DNA from: a bacterium
GTDB lineage: Bacteria; Cyanobacteriota; Vampirovibrionia; Gastranaerophilales; UBA9971
Assembly: GCA_037147175.1 (NCBI GenBank)
Contig: JBAWVS010000002.1
Span: 15,104 to 79,103 of the forward strand
DNA: 64,000 nucleotides
Reading direction: 5' to 3'
The position numbers were made by a program, and so were the translations under genes. The notes beneath the pieces were generated by a model. That model was not told where the DNA came from, made no database searches, and saw only the letters and a program-made list of their open reading frames with translations. Positions 28,057 through 36,953 of the stretch are shown here, in pieces. The first letter of the stretch is position 1, and each line of letters begins with the position of its first letter.

Positions 28057-28767
28057 TTATTCTCCTATTTCTACATCATTTATAAACTTATAAAGCAGAT
28101 CCGTACTATTTACAGCCCTTTGTACAAGCCCTTCGATTTTTTGCGGCGTGAATTTTCTTTTGTTTTCCTTTGCGGATAGTATTTCAACAAAAATTTCTCC
28201 GTCAAACTTTGCTTTTTCGGCTATTTTTTGTATGACTTCGCTGTATTCATCTGGAGCCGTGACATCAAAAAGATGTAACGCTGATTTTAAAATTCTGATA
28301 AGCTTTGAGGAAAGTTCTTCCAGATTTTTTACAATAAACTTGGGATTATCACTATTTCCAAGATAAATTTGTCTTATTCTCACAAGAAGATTTTTGATTT
28401 CATATTCGCATTGAAGCCTCAAGTCATATTTTGAAACAGATATAGGATCTACAACATTTTTACCGTAAAGAATTTCATAATTATTTTTAATTTCGATGTA
28501 CTCTATGGGATAAACATCTGCCGAATTCTGCCATTCGCTTTCGCTCATAATAATAGGGAGAGCATTTTTCGCTTTTATCCATTTTTTTATTGCCACAATG
28601 GCATTTTTTATGTCAGAAGCTTCCAGCTTATTGAAAATAACGATAATGTTTTGCCCTGATTCCTCTTTATATTGTTCACTATCTGTATTTTGACCGTAAA
28701 GTATTACCGAAAGAAGATTTTCGCCATAAATATCTTTTAAGTCTTTAACTAAAATTGTACTGCTCAT
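28057..28767 (-). CDS. hypothetical protein, possibly a degenerate nucleotidyltransferase-fold protein
   Basis: 236 aa. LLSVILYGQNTDSEQ...NIIVIF loosely resembles the MNT/KNTase N-terminal pattern without a clear DxD. Helical C-terminal half. Lies between the TPM and LemA genes with 3-nt gaps. Confidence 0.3.
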   Translation of the reverse strand: MSSTILVKDLKDIYGENLLSVILYGQNTDSEQYKEESGQNIIVIFNKLEASDIKNAIVAIKKWIKAKNALPIIMSESEWQNSADVYPIEYIEIKNNYEILYGKNVVDPISVSKYDLRLQCEYEIKNLLVRIRQIYLGNSDNPKFIVKNLEELSSKLIRILKSALHLFDVTAPDEYSEVIQKIAEKAKFDGEIFVEILSAKENKRKFTPQKIEGLVQRAVNSTDLLYKFINDVEIGE

Positions 28768-28770
28768 AAT

Positions 28771-29559
28771 TTACCAGCCTCCTGAAGCGCCGCCGCCACC
28801 AAAACCACCACCGCCAAAACCGCTAAAACCACTTGAGCTTCCACCAAAACCTTCTCCGTAGTTGGTGTAGCCTCCTATGAAAAGACCTCTGCGCGGCAGA
28901 ACGATAAAAAGAATTATAAATATTAAAAATATAAAAATATCCGAGCCTGATGTTTTTTCCGGATTTGTTTGAGAAGATGACGGCAAATTTGATAAAGAAT
29001 TAAACTCGGAAGGCATTGTAACATTATAAGCTTTTGAAATTTCAGAAGCTATAGCAAAAGTTCCGTTAATAATCCCTTTTTCCGTTTCTCCCTGTTTAAA
29101 AAACGGAATCATGTAATCATCTCTGATTCTCCCTGCTTTACCGTCGGGGATTATTCCTTCAAGACCATAACCTACTTCTATGCGCATTTTCTTATCGCCT
29201 GTTGCAACAAGAATAACAACACCGTTGTTTTTTCCTTTTTTACCGACTCCCCATTTGCGACCTGTATCAAGAGCAACATCTTCAATACTATTGCCTTTTA
29301 GCGAGGGAAGAGTAATAACGGCTACTTCTGCACCCGTTTTTTTATCAAGTTGTTTAAGATAAGAATCTAAATTATTTTTATTTTCAATTGAAATTACACC
29401 CGCAAAATCATTTACATACCCTGCTTCAGCGGGGATTTTTAATTGTGATTTAGAGAGATTATTATTTTTGGAGTTATTTGTTATTAAAGAAATTATTACG
29501 ATGGCTAAAAATACTATAATAATTAAGCCAAAAGCATTTCCTTTTTTTCTTTGAAACAT
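28771..29559 (-). CDS. TPM-domain (YgcG-like) membrane protein
   Basis: Signal/TM N-terminus, then VNDFAGVISIENKNNLDSYLKQLDKKTGAEVAVITLPSL...GVVILVATGDKKMRIEVGYGLEG (TPM phosphatase domain), a TM helix and a Gly-rich tail GGGGFGGGGASGGW. Confidence 0.85.
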   Translation of the reverse strand: MFQRKKGNAFGLIIIVFLAIVIISLITNNSKNNNLSKSQLKIPAEAGYVNDFAGVISIENKNNLDSYLKQLDKKTGAEVAVITLPSLKGNSIEDVALDTGRKWGVGKKGKNNGVVILVATGDKKMRIEVGYGLEGIIPDGKAGRIRDDYMIPFFKQGETEKGIINGTFAIASEISKAYNVTMPSEFNSLSNLPSSSQTNPEKTSGSDIFIFLIFIILFIVLPRRGLFIGGYTNYGEGFGGSSSGFSGFGGGGFGGGGASGGW

Positions 29560-29723
29560 AATCAGACATTTATTTAAATAGTTTACTCAATTAAATTGTA
29601 GCAGATTTTTAAATAATCGGAGGGAAATCTGCAACTAATTTATAAAAAACTTTTTGTTATCTTTTTGTTGCGGTAAAATGTTTTTATCAGGAAAGAAAAT
29701 GTAAAAGATAATATTGGATTTTT

Positions 29724-30290
29724 ATGAAATCAAAATTTATAGAACATGAAATTTGTTACACAGGAAAAGAACTCGCGCCTCACTGGATATACAAAAATTT
29801 TAATATTAAGGGAGATGCTGTTGTTGGCTTTATAGGGGAATGTGAAGTTAAACTTCCTGAAATGGTTGATATTTCCGATGTGCTTTCAAACAGCCCTATT
29901 TATAGTAAAAAAATGGTTCATTTTATCGTGGAACATTTTAATATTGCTCTTGTTGAAGGAGTTTTGAGGCAAAGACTACTTGTAAGTATTGCCGGAGAAG
30001 TCATTGGGTCTAATTTGACAAATAATGATAAATTAATACGAAATGGCGATGATTTGTTTTATAATAATGGAAAGTTGTCAGTTTCTATTGCGGGAAAGTC
30101 TTTGAATTCAGTTTTAATTCATCTGGGAATAAACATTGATTCGGTTGATGCACCTGTAAAGGCTGCAGGTCTTGAATCAGAGATGAATATTAAAAATCAT
30201 GAAGAAATTGCACAACAAATTATGCTAAATTACTGTAAAGAATGTGATGAAATAATAAATGCTTCCTGCAAAGTTCGAGGAGTTTTTTAA
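29724..30290 (+). CDS. conserved hypothetical protein (DUF366-like by recollection)
   Basis: 188 aa. Motifs HWIYKNFNIKGDAVV, MVHFIVEHF, LRQRLLV, GDDLF...KLSVSIA, LIHLGINI. Confidence 0.4.
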   Translation: MKSKFIEHEICYTGKELAPHWIYKNFNIKGDAVVGFIGECEVKLPEMVDISDVLSNSPIYSKKMVHFIVEHFNIALVEGVLRQRLLVSIAGEVIGSNLTNNDKLIRNGDDLFYNNGKLSVSIAGKSLNSVLIHLGINIDSVDAPVKAAGLESEMNIKNHEEIAQQIMLNYCKECDEIINASCKVRGVF

Positions 30291-30293
30291 AAC

Positions 30294-31076
30294 ATGAACA
30301 CTAAACAAATTGATAAAAGATCAAAGAGCAAAGATAATTTGCAAAATAAAAACAATTTAAAACCTTTAATTTTTACATTTTTAGGAACTTTTATAGTTTT
30401 CTTTTTTGCCTTTACTGTATTATTGCCAATTTTAACCCCTCAAGTTAATATCCCTGCGCTTACAGATGAACATTCGATGGATTCAGTAACAAGCAATGAT
30501 TTTAAAGGAAGGATTGATCCCCGCCTTAGTTCTATTGAACAGGAAGAAGATGCAGCTCCTCCAAAATTAAAAATGGAAATTCCTGCTAAAGATCAGAAAG
30601 CTCAGGACCAGCAAACTTCTTCTGCTCAACAAAATGTTGTTGATGAAGACTCTGTAATAGATGATCCGCAGGAACCGCAGGACTCTATTCCTGCTGAAGC
30701 AAATAATCCTGATTATAATGTTCCCGATAATTATACAAAAGCTCTCCCACCTCAAAAAACACCTAATAAAGTTGTAAAATCTGCGGCTATAGCAAATATT
30801 CCGCCAAGACCACAACCTTCTCAACAATATGCAGGGGAAACGGCAAAACCTGTAACCATGTCCAAAGTCGTCTTAGGAAGCTACGCCACTCCTATGCAAG
30901 CAAGACTTGTTTCTGATACTTTAATTGAAATGGATTTAAACGTTGCACCGTTTATTAAGGAAAAAAACGGCAGGTACGTGCTTCAGGTAGGATCTTTTTC
31001 GGACCCTGCAAAAGCTGAAAGTCTTATTCAGGAACTTAAAAGCAAGGGATTTGATGCCAGAGCCGTTAACGAATAA
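30294..31076 (+). CDS. SPOR-domain peptidoglycan-binding protein
   Basis: N-terminal TM anchor, a long disordered Pro/Gln/Asp-rich linker, and a C-terminal SPOR-like domain (VVLGSYATPMQARLVSDTL...RYVLQVGSFSDPAKAESLIQELKSKGFDARAV). Confidence 0.75.
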   Translation: MNTKQIDKRSKSKDNLQNKNNLKPLIFTFLGTFIVFFFAFTVLLPILTPQVNIPALTDEHSMDSVTSNDFKGRIDPRLSSIEQEEDAAPPKLKMEIPAKDQKAQDQQTSSAQQNVVDEDSVIDDPQEPQDSIPAEANNPDYNVPDNYTKALPPQKTPNKVVKSAAIANIPPRPQPSQQYAGETAKPVTMSKVVLGSYATPMQARLVSDTLIEMDLNVAPFIKEKNGRYVLQVGSFSDPAKAESLIQELKSKGFDARAVNE

Positions 31077-31087
31077 AGTGTTTTTTT

Positions 31088-31363
31088 ATGACCAATTTGA
31101 TTTTAATGATAATTATTATAGTGGTAGGCAGTTATTATAAAAACAAATACAATAAAGAATATGCTTTACCAATTGTAGAAGAAAATGCCGACCTTTCTTT
31201 TATCAGTAAAGCCAGCATTATTATGCTATTAATAGCAGGCATTTTTGCTTTTATAAGTCCAAAAGTAACTTTTTTAATTCTGATATTATTAATTCCTTTT
31301 GTTTTATATCTCAATTTAAAAACGACTTGGCTTGCTTTTATCAGAAAAAATAATAAACAATAA
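31088..31363 (+). CDS. small hypothetical membrane protein
   Basis: 91 aa with three hydrophobic segments. No family recognised. Confidence 0.4.
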   Translation: MTNLILMIIIIVVGSYYKNKYNKEYALPIVEENADLSFISKASIIMLLIAGIFAFISPKVTFLILILLIPFVLYLNLKTTWLAFIRKNNKQ

Positions 31364-31370
31364 GGGCATT

Positions 31371-32732
31371 TTACTTATTATCGAGGAGTCCGAAATTAAT
31401 TGATTTTGTTTTAAAGCACTTCCAGCCAGCTTTAGCATCAGATAAATCAATTTCTCCTTCGTAAATGCCGAAAACAGAAGGTCCGCTTCCTGACATCAGG
31501 CTATTTTTGCAACCTTTTTGAGTCAAATAATCTTTAATTTCTTTAATCTCGGCATAATCCGGCAAAATAGCTTCTTCAATGTGGTTTTTTAAAAGCAGGG
31601 CAATTTTATTTGAATTATTTTCACAAATAGCCGATTTCATTTTTTCAAGTCCTTTGATTCCAGGTTTTTGAGGAAGCGCGGCATATTTTGTATAGGCTTC
31701 TTTGGCCGAAATAAAAAGATTTTTTGGTTTTATTATTGCGATATTCAAATCAGGTGTTGAAATTTTTGATAAAAGTTCTCCTCTTGAAGTTGCAACTTGT
31801 GTTCCTCCTTCAAGACAAAAATTAATATCGGAACCCATTTGAGAAGCAAGGTTGTGAATTTCTGAAGCGTTTAAAATATTATCAAAAAGCCGGTTTAATC
31901 CCCATAAAGTGCCTGCCGCATTTGAACTTCCTCCGGCTAGGCCTGCCGCTACAGGAATATTTTTTTCTATATGAATCTTGACTTTATAACCGTTTAAATC
32001 AGCTTTTTGTAAAAATAATTCCGCAGCCTTATAAACCAAATTATTATTATCGTAAGGTATCAAGTCGGAATTTCCGGATAATTCAATGACGTTTTGAGGA
32101 GGGTTTAAATTTTTATTATTAGCTGATATAATATGTTTAGAAATCGTCGATGACCCTGCCCTTGTTCCGGCAGGTAAAGCATCGACGATTTTGGTTTCAT
32201 AATTTAAATTGTAAAATAAATGTCCAAATGTGTTTTTGGCTATATTAACAATAACTGTTTTGTTTTCTCCATTCAGATTAATGGATGCCTTAATGTATCT
32301 GAAACCAACGATTCCATCAGTTCTGGTTTTCAGAGGCTGATGCAGTTCACTTACTTCGCCTTTTTCAATTATTTCTTTTAATTTCGGTAAAATTTTTAAC
32401 TTTGTTATATCAGCACTCGAGTTTATTACTTTTTTAATTCCTTTATTGCTGAATTGAATTTCTCCTAAATAAGAATGGGTTAATTTTTGTCCCTGTATAT
32501 TTTTTTTATAATGATTTATCGAAGACTTTCTTAAAGATTTCAAATCATCTCCAAAATCGCCAAGTTCTTTGCCTGTGAGACAAATTGATACCTGCTCAAC
32601 TTCTATAGTCAAATAATCATAGAGACTCACCGTCTGCATTATGCTCTGAATTTCATGAAAACCGTCTGCTCTTTTTTTGAGGATTTCAAGACTCAGATTT
32701 ATTTTTGCAGGGGTTTTAACTTGAATTTTCAT
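31371..32732 (-). CDS. ispE: 4-diphosphocytidyl-2-C-methyl-D-erythritol kinase carrying a ~160-aa internal insertion
   Basis: GHMP kinase motifs TPAKINLSLEILKKRADGFHEIQS, NLVYKAAELF, PVAAGLAGGSSNAAG and SGSGPSVFG. Immediately follows rsmA (conserved rsmA-ispE pairing). 453 aa against a typical ~285 aa; the extra residues are about 51-213. Confidence 0.85.
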   Translation of the reverse strand: MKIQVKTPAKINLSLEILKKRADGFHEIQSIMQTVSLYDYLTIEVEQVSICLTGKELGDFGDDLKSLRKSSINHYKKNIQGQKLTHSYLGEIQFSNKGIKKVINSSADITKLKILPKLKEIIEKGEVSELHQPLKTRTDGIVGFRYIKASINLNGENKTVIVNIAKNTFGHLFYNLNYETKIVDALPAGTRAGSSTISKHIISANNKNLNPPQNVIELSGNSDLIPYDNNNLVYKAAELFLQKADLNGYKVKIHIEKNIPVAAGLAGGSSNAAGTLWGLNRLFDNILNASEIHNLASQMGSDINFCLEGGTQVATSRGELLSKISTPDLNIAIIKPKNLFISAKEAYTKYAALPQKPGIKGLEKMKSAICENNSNKIALLLKNHIEEAILPDYAEIKEIKDYLTQKGCKNSLMSGSGPSVFGIYEGEIDLSDAKAGWKCFKTKSINFGLLDNK

Positions 32733-32734
32733 AA

Positions 32735-33580
32735 TTACCTGTTTAATAACCGGTTAATACAATCTGTTAAAATTTTATATTCCTGCATTGAAAGAGTTTC
32801 TCCCCTTCTGTCAGGAATAATTCCGCTTTCTTCAAAGGCTTTTGAGAGAACTTCACCGGAAAATCCGCCCTGCAAAAGGGCATTTTTTAGGGTTTTTCTT
32901 CTTGTTCCAAAAGCTGCTTTAATTATTTTCCTGAAAAGTTTCGGATTTTCCAGATCGATAATAGGTTTTTGTCTTATTTTGAATTTTATAAGTGCAGAAT
33001 CTACTTTTGGAGCGGGATAAAAACTCTTTGAGGGAACTTTGCATATAAGTTCTGTTTCTGCCCAAAAATTTACAAGTATGGATAACAGTCCATAATCTTT
33101 TGAAGGGCTTTTTTCATTTGCTATAATTCTTCTTGCAACTTCATATTGAACCATTAAAATGATTTCTTTTATGCACTGCCTGTTTTTATTGTTAAAATCA
33201 TCAATTTCTCCCAGTAAATGCACTATAATAGGGCTTGTTATATAGTACGGAATATTTGCTATGATTTTAACGGGGCTTTCTATAAGTTTTGAAATGTCTG
33301 TTTTTAATATGTCTTGATGAATTAGTTCAATGTTTTTGCAGGGAAGTGCTTGTAAGACCTCAATTGCATTTTCGTCAAGCTCAATGGCTATAACTTTTTT
33401 GGCAATTTCTGCAAGTTTTTCTGTTACAAAACCCGCCCCTGCTCCTATTTCAATAACTGTATCATCAGAATTTAAAGCGGCTTCATCAATAATTTTTTGA
33501 ATAATCTTTTCATTAACCAGAAAATTTTGCCCTAAACGCTTTTTTGTCTTAAATTGTTTTGCTCTTTGGATATAATTCAA
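32735..33580 (-). CDS. rsmA: 16S rRNA (adenine1518/1519-N6)-dimethyltransferase
   Basis: KRLGQNFLVNEKIIQKII...VIEIGAGAGFVTEKL...NIPYYITSPI is the KsgA/RsmA signature. Confidence 0.93.
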   Translation of the reverse strand: MNYIQRAKQFKTKKRLGQNFLVNEKIIQKIIDEAALNSDDTVIEIGAGAGFVTEKLAEIAKKVIAIELDENAIEVLQALPCKNIELIHQDILKTDISKLIESPVKIIANIPYYITSPIIVHLLGEIDDFNNKNRQCIKEIILMVQYEVARRIIANEKSPSKDYGLLSILVNFWAETELICKVPSKSFYPAPKVDSALIKFKIRQKPIIDLENPKLFRKIIKAAFGTRRKTLKNALLQGGFSGEVLSKAFEESGIIPDRRGETLSMQEYKILTDCINRLLNR

Positions 33581-33681
33581 AATAATTAGCCTTATTTACT
33601 AAGAGTTTTATGTTTTATGATAATGTATTATTTAACAATAAAAATTAATCAAATAAAAGAAATCAATTAATAAAGGCAAAT

Positions 33682-35004
33682 ATGATTTACGATAAATCCC
33701 AATTTACTGAATTATTTAAAAACGGCTGCAAGTCTAAAGAGAATTTCAGAATAGGTCTTGAGTTTGAAAAATTGGCGGTGGATTCTAAAAGTTACAGAGC
33801 TGTTCCATATTCAGGAGAAAAGGGAATTAACTGCTTTTTATCCGGTTATAAAGCTTTTAGCGAAATGGAAGAAGTTATTATAAACGATAATCTGTTGGGA
33901 TTAAAAGAGGAATTTGCGTATATATCTCTTGAACCGGGCTGTCAAACAGAAATAAGCACATATCCGTATAAAAAAATCTCGGAAATAGCTTCTAAAATTG
34001 AGGAATATAACCAAAAAACAGCTATTATCGGTGAAAAACTTGGTATTGATTGGATTGGATACGGAATTCAGCCTGTTTCCACCTTTGATGATATAAAAAT
34101 AATTCCCAAAAAACGCTATGAAATAATGACAGAGTATCTTCCTAAAAAAGGAGATAAGGCTCTTGTTATGATGAGGGAGACAGCTGGAATCCAAACATCT
34201 ATTGACTACGAATCAGAAGAAGATGCGGTAAATAAAATCAGAGTTTCTCTTGCAATTTCGCCAATAATTACTGCAATGTTCGCAAATTCCCCTATTAGAG
34301 GAGGAAAAGAAACAGGATATAAGTCTTATAGGGCTTCTGCATGGCTAAATACAGATAATGACAGATGCGGGCTTATAAGTAAAAAAATATTTGAAAAAGA
34401 TTTTTCTTTTGCTGATTACGCGGAATATCTTTTAGACGTACCTATGTTTTTTATAGAAAGAAATAACGCTATTATAAATGCTACACATCTTACTTTTAGG
34501 GAGTTTTACAATAACGGTCTTTCGGAATTTACTGCTAACATTGATGATTGGGATTTGCACATGTCAACAGTATTTCCTGATGTTAGATTGAAAAATTTTA
34601 TTGAAATAAGAAATTGCGACTGTCAGAGAAAAGACATGATTTTTGCTCTTCCTGCTATGGTTAAAGGAATTTTGTATAACGAAACTGCTATGTATCAGGC
34701 ATGGGATTTAGTAAAAGATTTCAATTGGCATGAATTGGAAGAAATAAGGCATTCCGTACCAAAATTGGGTCTTAAAACTACAGTAAAAGGGATAAAAATT
34801 GCCGATTTGGCAAAAGAGTTAGTTAATATAGCGGAGTTTTCTCTTCTTTCTGATCCGGAAACCGCAGAGGAAACTGTTTATCTTGAAAAATTAAAAGAAT
34901 TAGTTGAACAAGAAAAAACTCCGGCCGATATAATTCTAAAAAACTGGAATTCAGGCTGGAATAAAAACATTGAAAAACTTATTGAATATTCAAAATTAAA
35001 TTAA
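33682..35004 (+). CDS. gshA: glutamate--cysteine ligase, GCS2 / plant-type family
   Basis: RIGLEFEK...SLEPGCQTEIS...MMRETAGIQTSIDY...WDLHMSTVFPDVRLKNFIEIRNCD matches the GCS2 family pattern. Confidence 0.8.
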   Translation: MIYDKSQFTELFKNGCKSKENFRIGLEFEKLAVDSKSYRAVPYSGEKGINCFLSGYKAFSEMEEVIINDNLLGLKEEFAYISLEPGCQTEISTYPYKKISEIASKIEEYNQKTAIIGEKLGIDWIGYGIQPVSTFDDIKIIPKKRYEIMTEYLPKKGDKALVMMRETAGIQTSIDYESEEDAVNKIRVSLAISPIITAMFANSPIRGGKETGYKSYRASAWLNTDNDRCGLISKKIFEKDFSFADYAEYLLDVPMFFIERNNAIINATHLTFREFYNNGLSEFTANIDDWDLHMSTVFPDVRLKNFIEIRNCDCQRKDMIFALPAMVKGILYNETAMYQAWDLVKDFNWHELEEIRHSVPKLGLKTTVKGIKIADLAKELVNIAEFSLLSDPETAEETVYLEKLKELVEQEKTPADIILKNWNSGWNKNIEKLIEYSKLN

Positions 35005-35026
35005 AGAACTAAATAAATAAAAGCTT

Positions 35027-35062
35027 GGCTAAAACGATATAAACATTTATATCGTTTTAGCC
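35027..35062. terminator. bidirectional hairpin terminator between convergent genes
   Basis: Perfect 17-bp stem ggctaaaacgatataaa / ca / tttatatcgttttagcc. Confidence 0.7.
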
Positions 35063-35106
35063 ATTTTGTCAAAATCAACTCTTTCTATAAAAAACTTTTA
35101 TAATAT

Positions 35107-35487
35107 TTAAGACAAAACTTTTTTTGATAATAATGATAATCTACTTGGTATCTTATTGATTTCATGGAGAATCATTTCAGGATATTTTTTGCTTAATCCT
35201 GTTAATAAGTCTAGCAAATTTTGTTCATTTTTTCTGTATTTCCCTCTGTTAGGGTACTCTAAAATCGTTCTAATTGCATTAAATGATTTTTCGGGACTTG
35301 TACAATATAGTTCTTGGGTGCGTTTTGTTTTTGGAGGACATTTAGTTACAATTTCAAAAAAGTCTTTTTCTAAATTTTTTATTACTGGCGATTGACTATC
35401 AACCCATGTAAAAGAATGTTGTAAAAGTCGGGGGGGGGGAGATTTAATGTTTTTGTACATACCCTTTACGGCTTCTAGAATTGTCAT
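35107..35487 (-). CDS. hypothetical protein with an internal poly-C/G tract
   Basis: 126-aa ORF. Codons 16-19 (SPPPR) are encoded by the G10 run at 35430-35439. No family recognised. Confidence 0.4.
   Translation of the reverse strand: MTILEAVKGMYKNIKSPPPRLLQHSFTWVDSQSPVIKNLEKDFFEIVTKCPPKTKRTQELYCTSPEKSFNAIRTILEYPNRGKYRKNEQNLLDLLTGLSKKYPEMILHEINKIPSRLSLLSKKVLS
35430..35439. repeat. G10 homopolymer (C10 on the coding strand)
   Basis: gtcg + ggggggggg + a, counted directly. It is the longest G/C homopolymer I saw in this AT-rich window. Confidence 0.95.
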
Positions 35488-35608
35488 TTGGTTTTCCTTT
35501 CTTTAATTTATTGATTTTTTTGTTATCTAAATATAGAAAGTATCTCCAAGGAAAAAATTGCTAATAAAATTCAAAAATTTTTAAATTATTTATTAAAATA
35601 TAGGGCAT

Positions 35609-35650
35609 ATAAAATAATGGTAGAAAATTTTTATTCTACCATTATTTTAT
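35609..35650 (-). terminator. hairpin downstream of metX
   Basis: Perfect 17-bp inverted repeat ataaaataatggtagaa / aattttta / ttctaccattattttat. Confidence 0.55.
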
Positions 35651-35714
35651 ATTTCTTAATATAAATTTACATAAATTTCATGCTTTGAGTATCAGGGTTT
35701 ATAAAATAGCCGTT

Positions 35715-36842
35715 TTAAGCATTAACACCTTTAAGGAAGTTTTTCAAAATCTTTGTCTGGTCTTCAACTTCCAAAAGAAAGGAGTCATGTCCGTAAGGTG
35801 AATCAATATTGCAGTAAGTGATTTCTTTTTCAAGGCTCATGAGAGTCCTTGCAGTGTTTTTAAGCTCTTCCGGAGGGAAAAGCCAATCCGTAGAAAAGGT
35901 AATAAATAAAAATTTGGACTTGCTGTCCTTAAAGGCATGTGCAAGTGAGCCGTATTTTTGGTGAAGATCAAAATAATCCATAGCTTTTGTTATATATAAA
36001 TAACTATTCGCGTCAAACCTGTCTACAAAGCTTTGTCCCTGATACCGCAGATAACTTTCCACCTGAAAATTAATATCAAAGTTGAAATCAGGCTTTAGTT
36101 TGTCCTGAAGCTTTCTGCCGAATTTTTGGTGCATAGATTCTTCGCTTAAGTAAGTAATATGTCCTATCATTCTGGCAAGAGCAAGACCTGTTGCAGGAGT
36201 TTCAGAATCATAATAATTGCCATTTTTCCAGTTAGGATCAGAAATTATTGCATTTCTGCCGACTTCGTTGAAAGCAATGTTTTGAGCTGATAATCTGCTT
36301 GCAGAAGCTATTGCAACGCAAGATTTAACCATATTAGGATACTGAATAGCCCATTCTAAAGCTTGCATTCCTCCCATAGAGCCGCCCGCAACGTTCAAAA
36401 GTTTTTTTATTCCGAAAAAATCTATAAGTTTTTTTTGAACTTTAACCATATCTTCAACTGTTATTACAGGAAAGCTTGTCCCGTAAGGCTTACCTGTTTC
36501 AGGGTTTATAGAAGATGGACCTGTTGTGCCTTTGCAGCCTCCGAGAAAATTTGAAGAGATTATAAAATATTTGTTTGTATCAAAAGCTTTTTCAGGACCT
36601 ATCATATTATCCCACCAGCCGGGTTTTTTGTCTTCCGATGAATGGTAGCCTGCCGCATGTGCATCTCCTGAAAGTGCATGCAAGACGAGGATAGCGTTGC
36701 TTTTGTCTTCGTTAAGTTCGCCATAAGTTTCATAAGCAACAGTAATCGGACCAAAATCCAGACCGTTTTCAAGATTTATTTTTTCATCAAACGAAAAATA
36801 TTTTGTTTCAACTATTCCAACTGAATTATTCAAACCAATCAT
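35715..36842 (-). CDS. metX: homoserine O-acetyltransferase
   Basis: Alpha/beta hydrolase with GGSMGGMQALEW (nucleophile elbow), LHALSGDAH and PYGHDSFLLE. Start set at ATG 36842 (MIGLNNSVG). Confidence 0.9.
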   Translation of the reverse strand: MIGLNNSVGIVETKYFSFDEKINLENGLDFGPITVAYETYGELNEDKSNAILVLHALSGDAHAAGYHSSEDKKPGWWDNMIGPEKAFDTNKYFIISSNFLGGCKGTTGPSSINPETGKPYGTSFPVITVEDMVKVQKKLIDFFGIKKLLNVAGGSMGGMQALEWAIQYPNMVKSCVAIASASRLSAQNIAFNEVGRNAIISDPNWKNGNYYDSETPATGLALARMIGHITYLSEESMHQKFGRKLQDKLKPDFNFDINFQVESYLRYQGQSFVDRFDANSYLYITKAMDYFDLHQKYGSLAHAFKDSKSKFLFITFSTDWLFPPEELKNTARTLMSLEKEITYCNIDSPYGHDSFLLEVEDQTKILKNFLKGVNA

Positions 36843-36953
36843 TTCTTCTTTTTTATTTACCTCAAAACAAATAAACAATTCATGTTAATTAATTTTTATG
36901 ATATTAATTTTTTCATGCTTTATAAAATAAATCAAAAAAAGGATAAATAAATT

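Noticed and set aside
32094-32582. The IspE insert begins with CLTG, which resembles an intein block A (CLxGDT), and its size (~160 aa) fits a mini-intein.
   Set aside because: There is no C-terminal HN followed by Cys/Ser/Thr; the insert ends ...NPPQN followed by V. I also saw no TxxH block B. Removing it would not rejoin the flanks cleanly, because both flanks appear to carry a copy of the same strand.
35663-35680. aaatttacataaattt matches the left flank of hairpin-element copy 2 (27243-27260), which could suggest a third copy.
   Set aside because: It is a ~16-nt pure A/T-rich match with an indel and no core sequence, which is within chance expectation for this composition.
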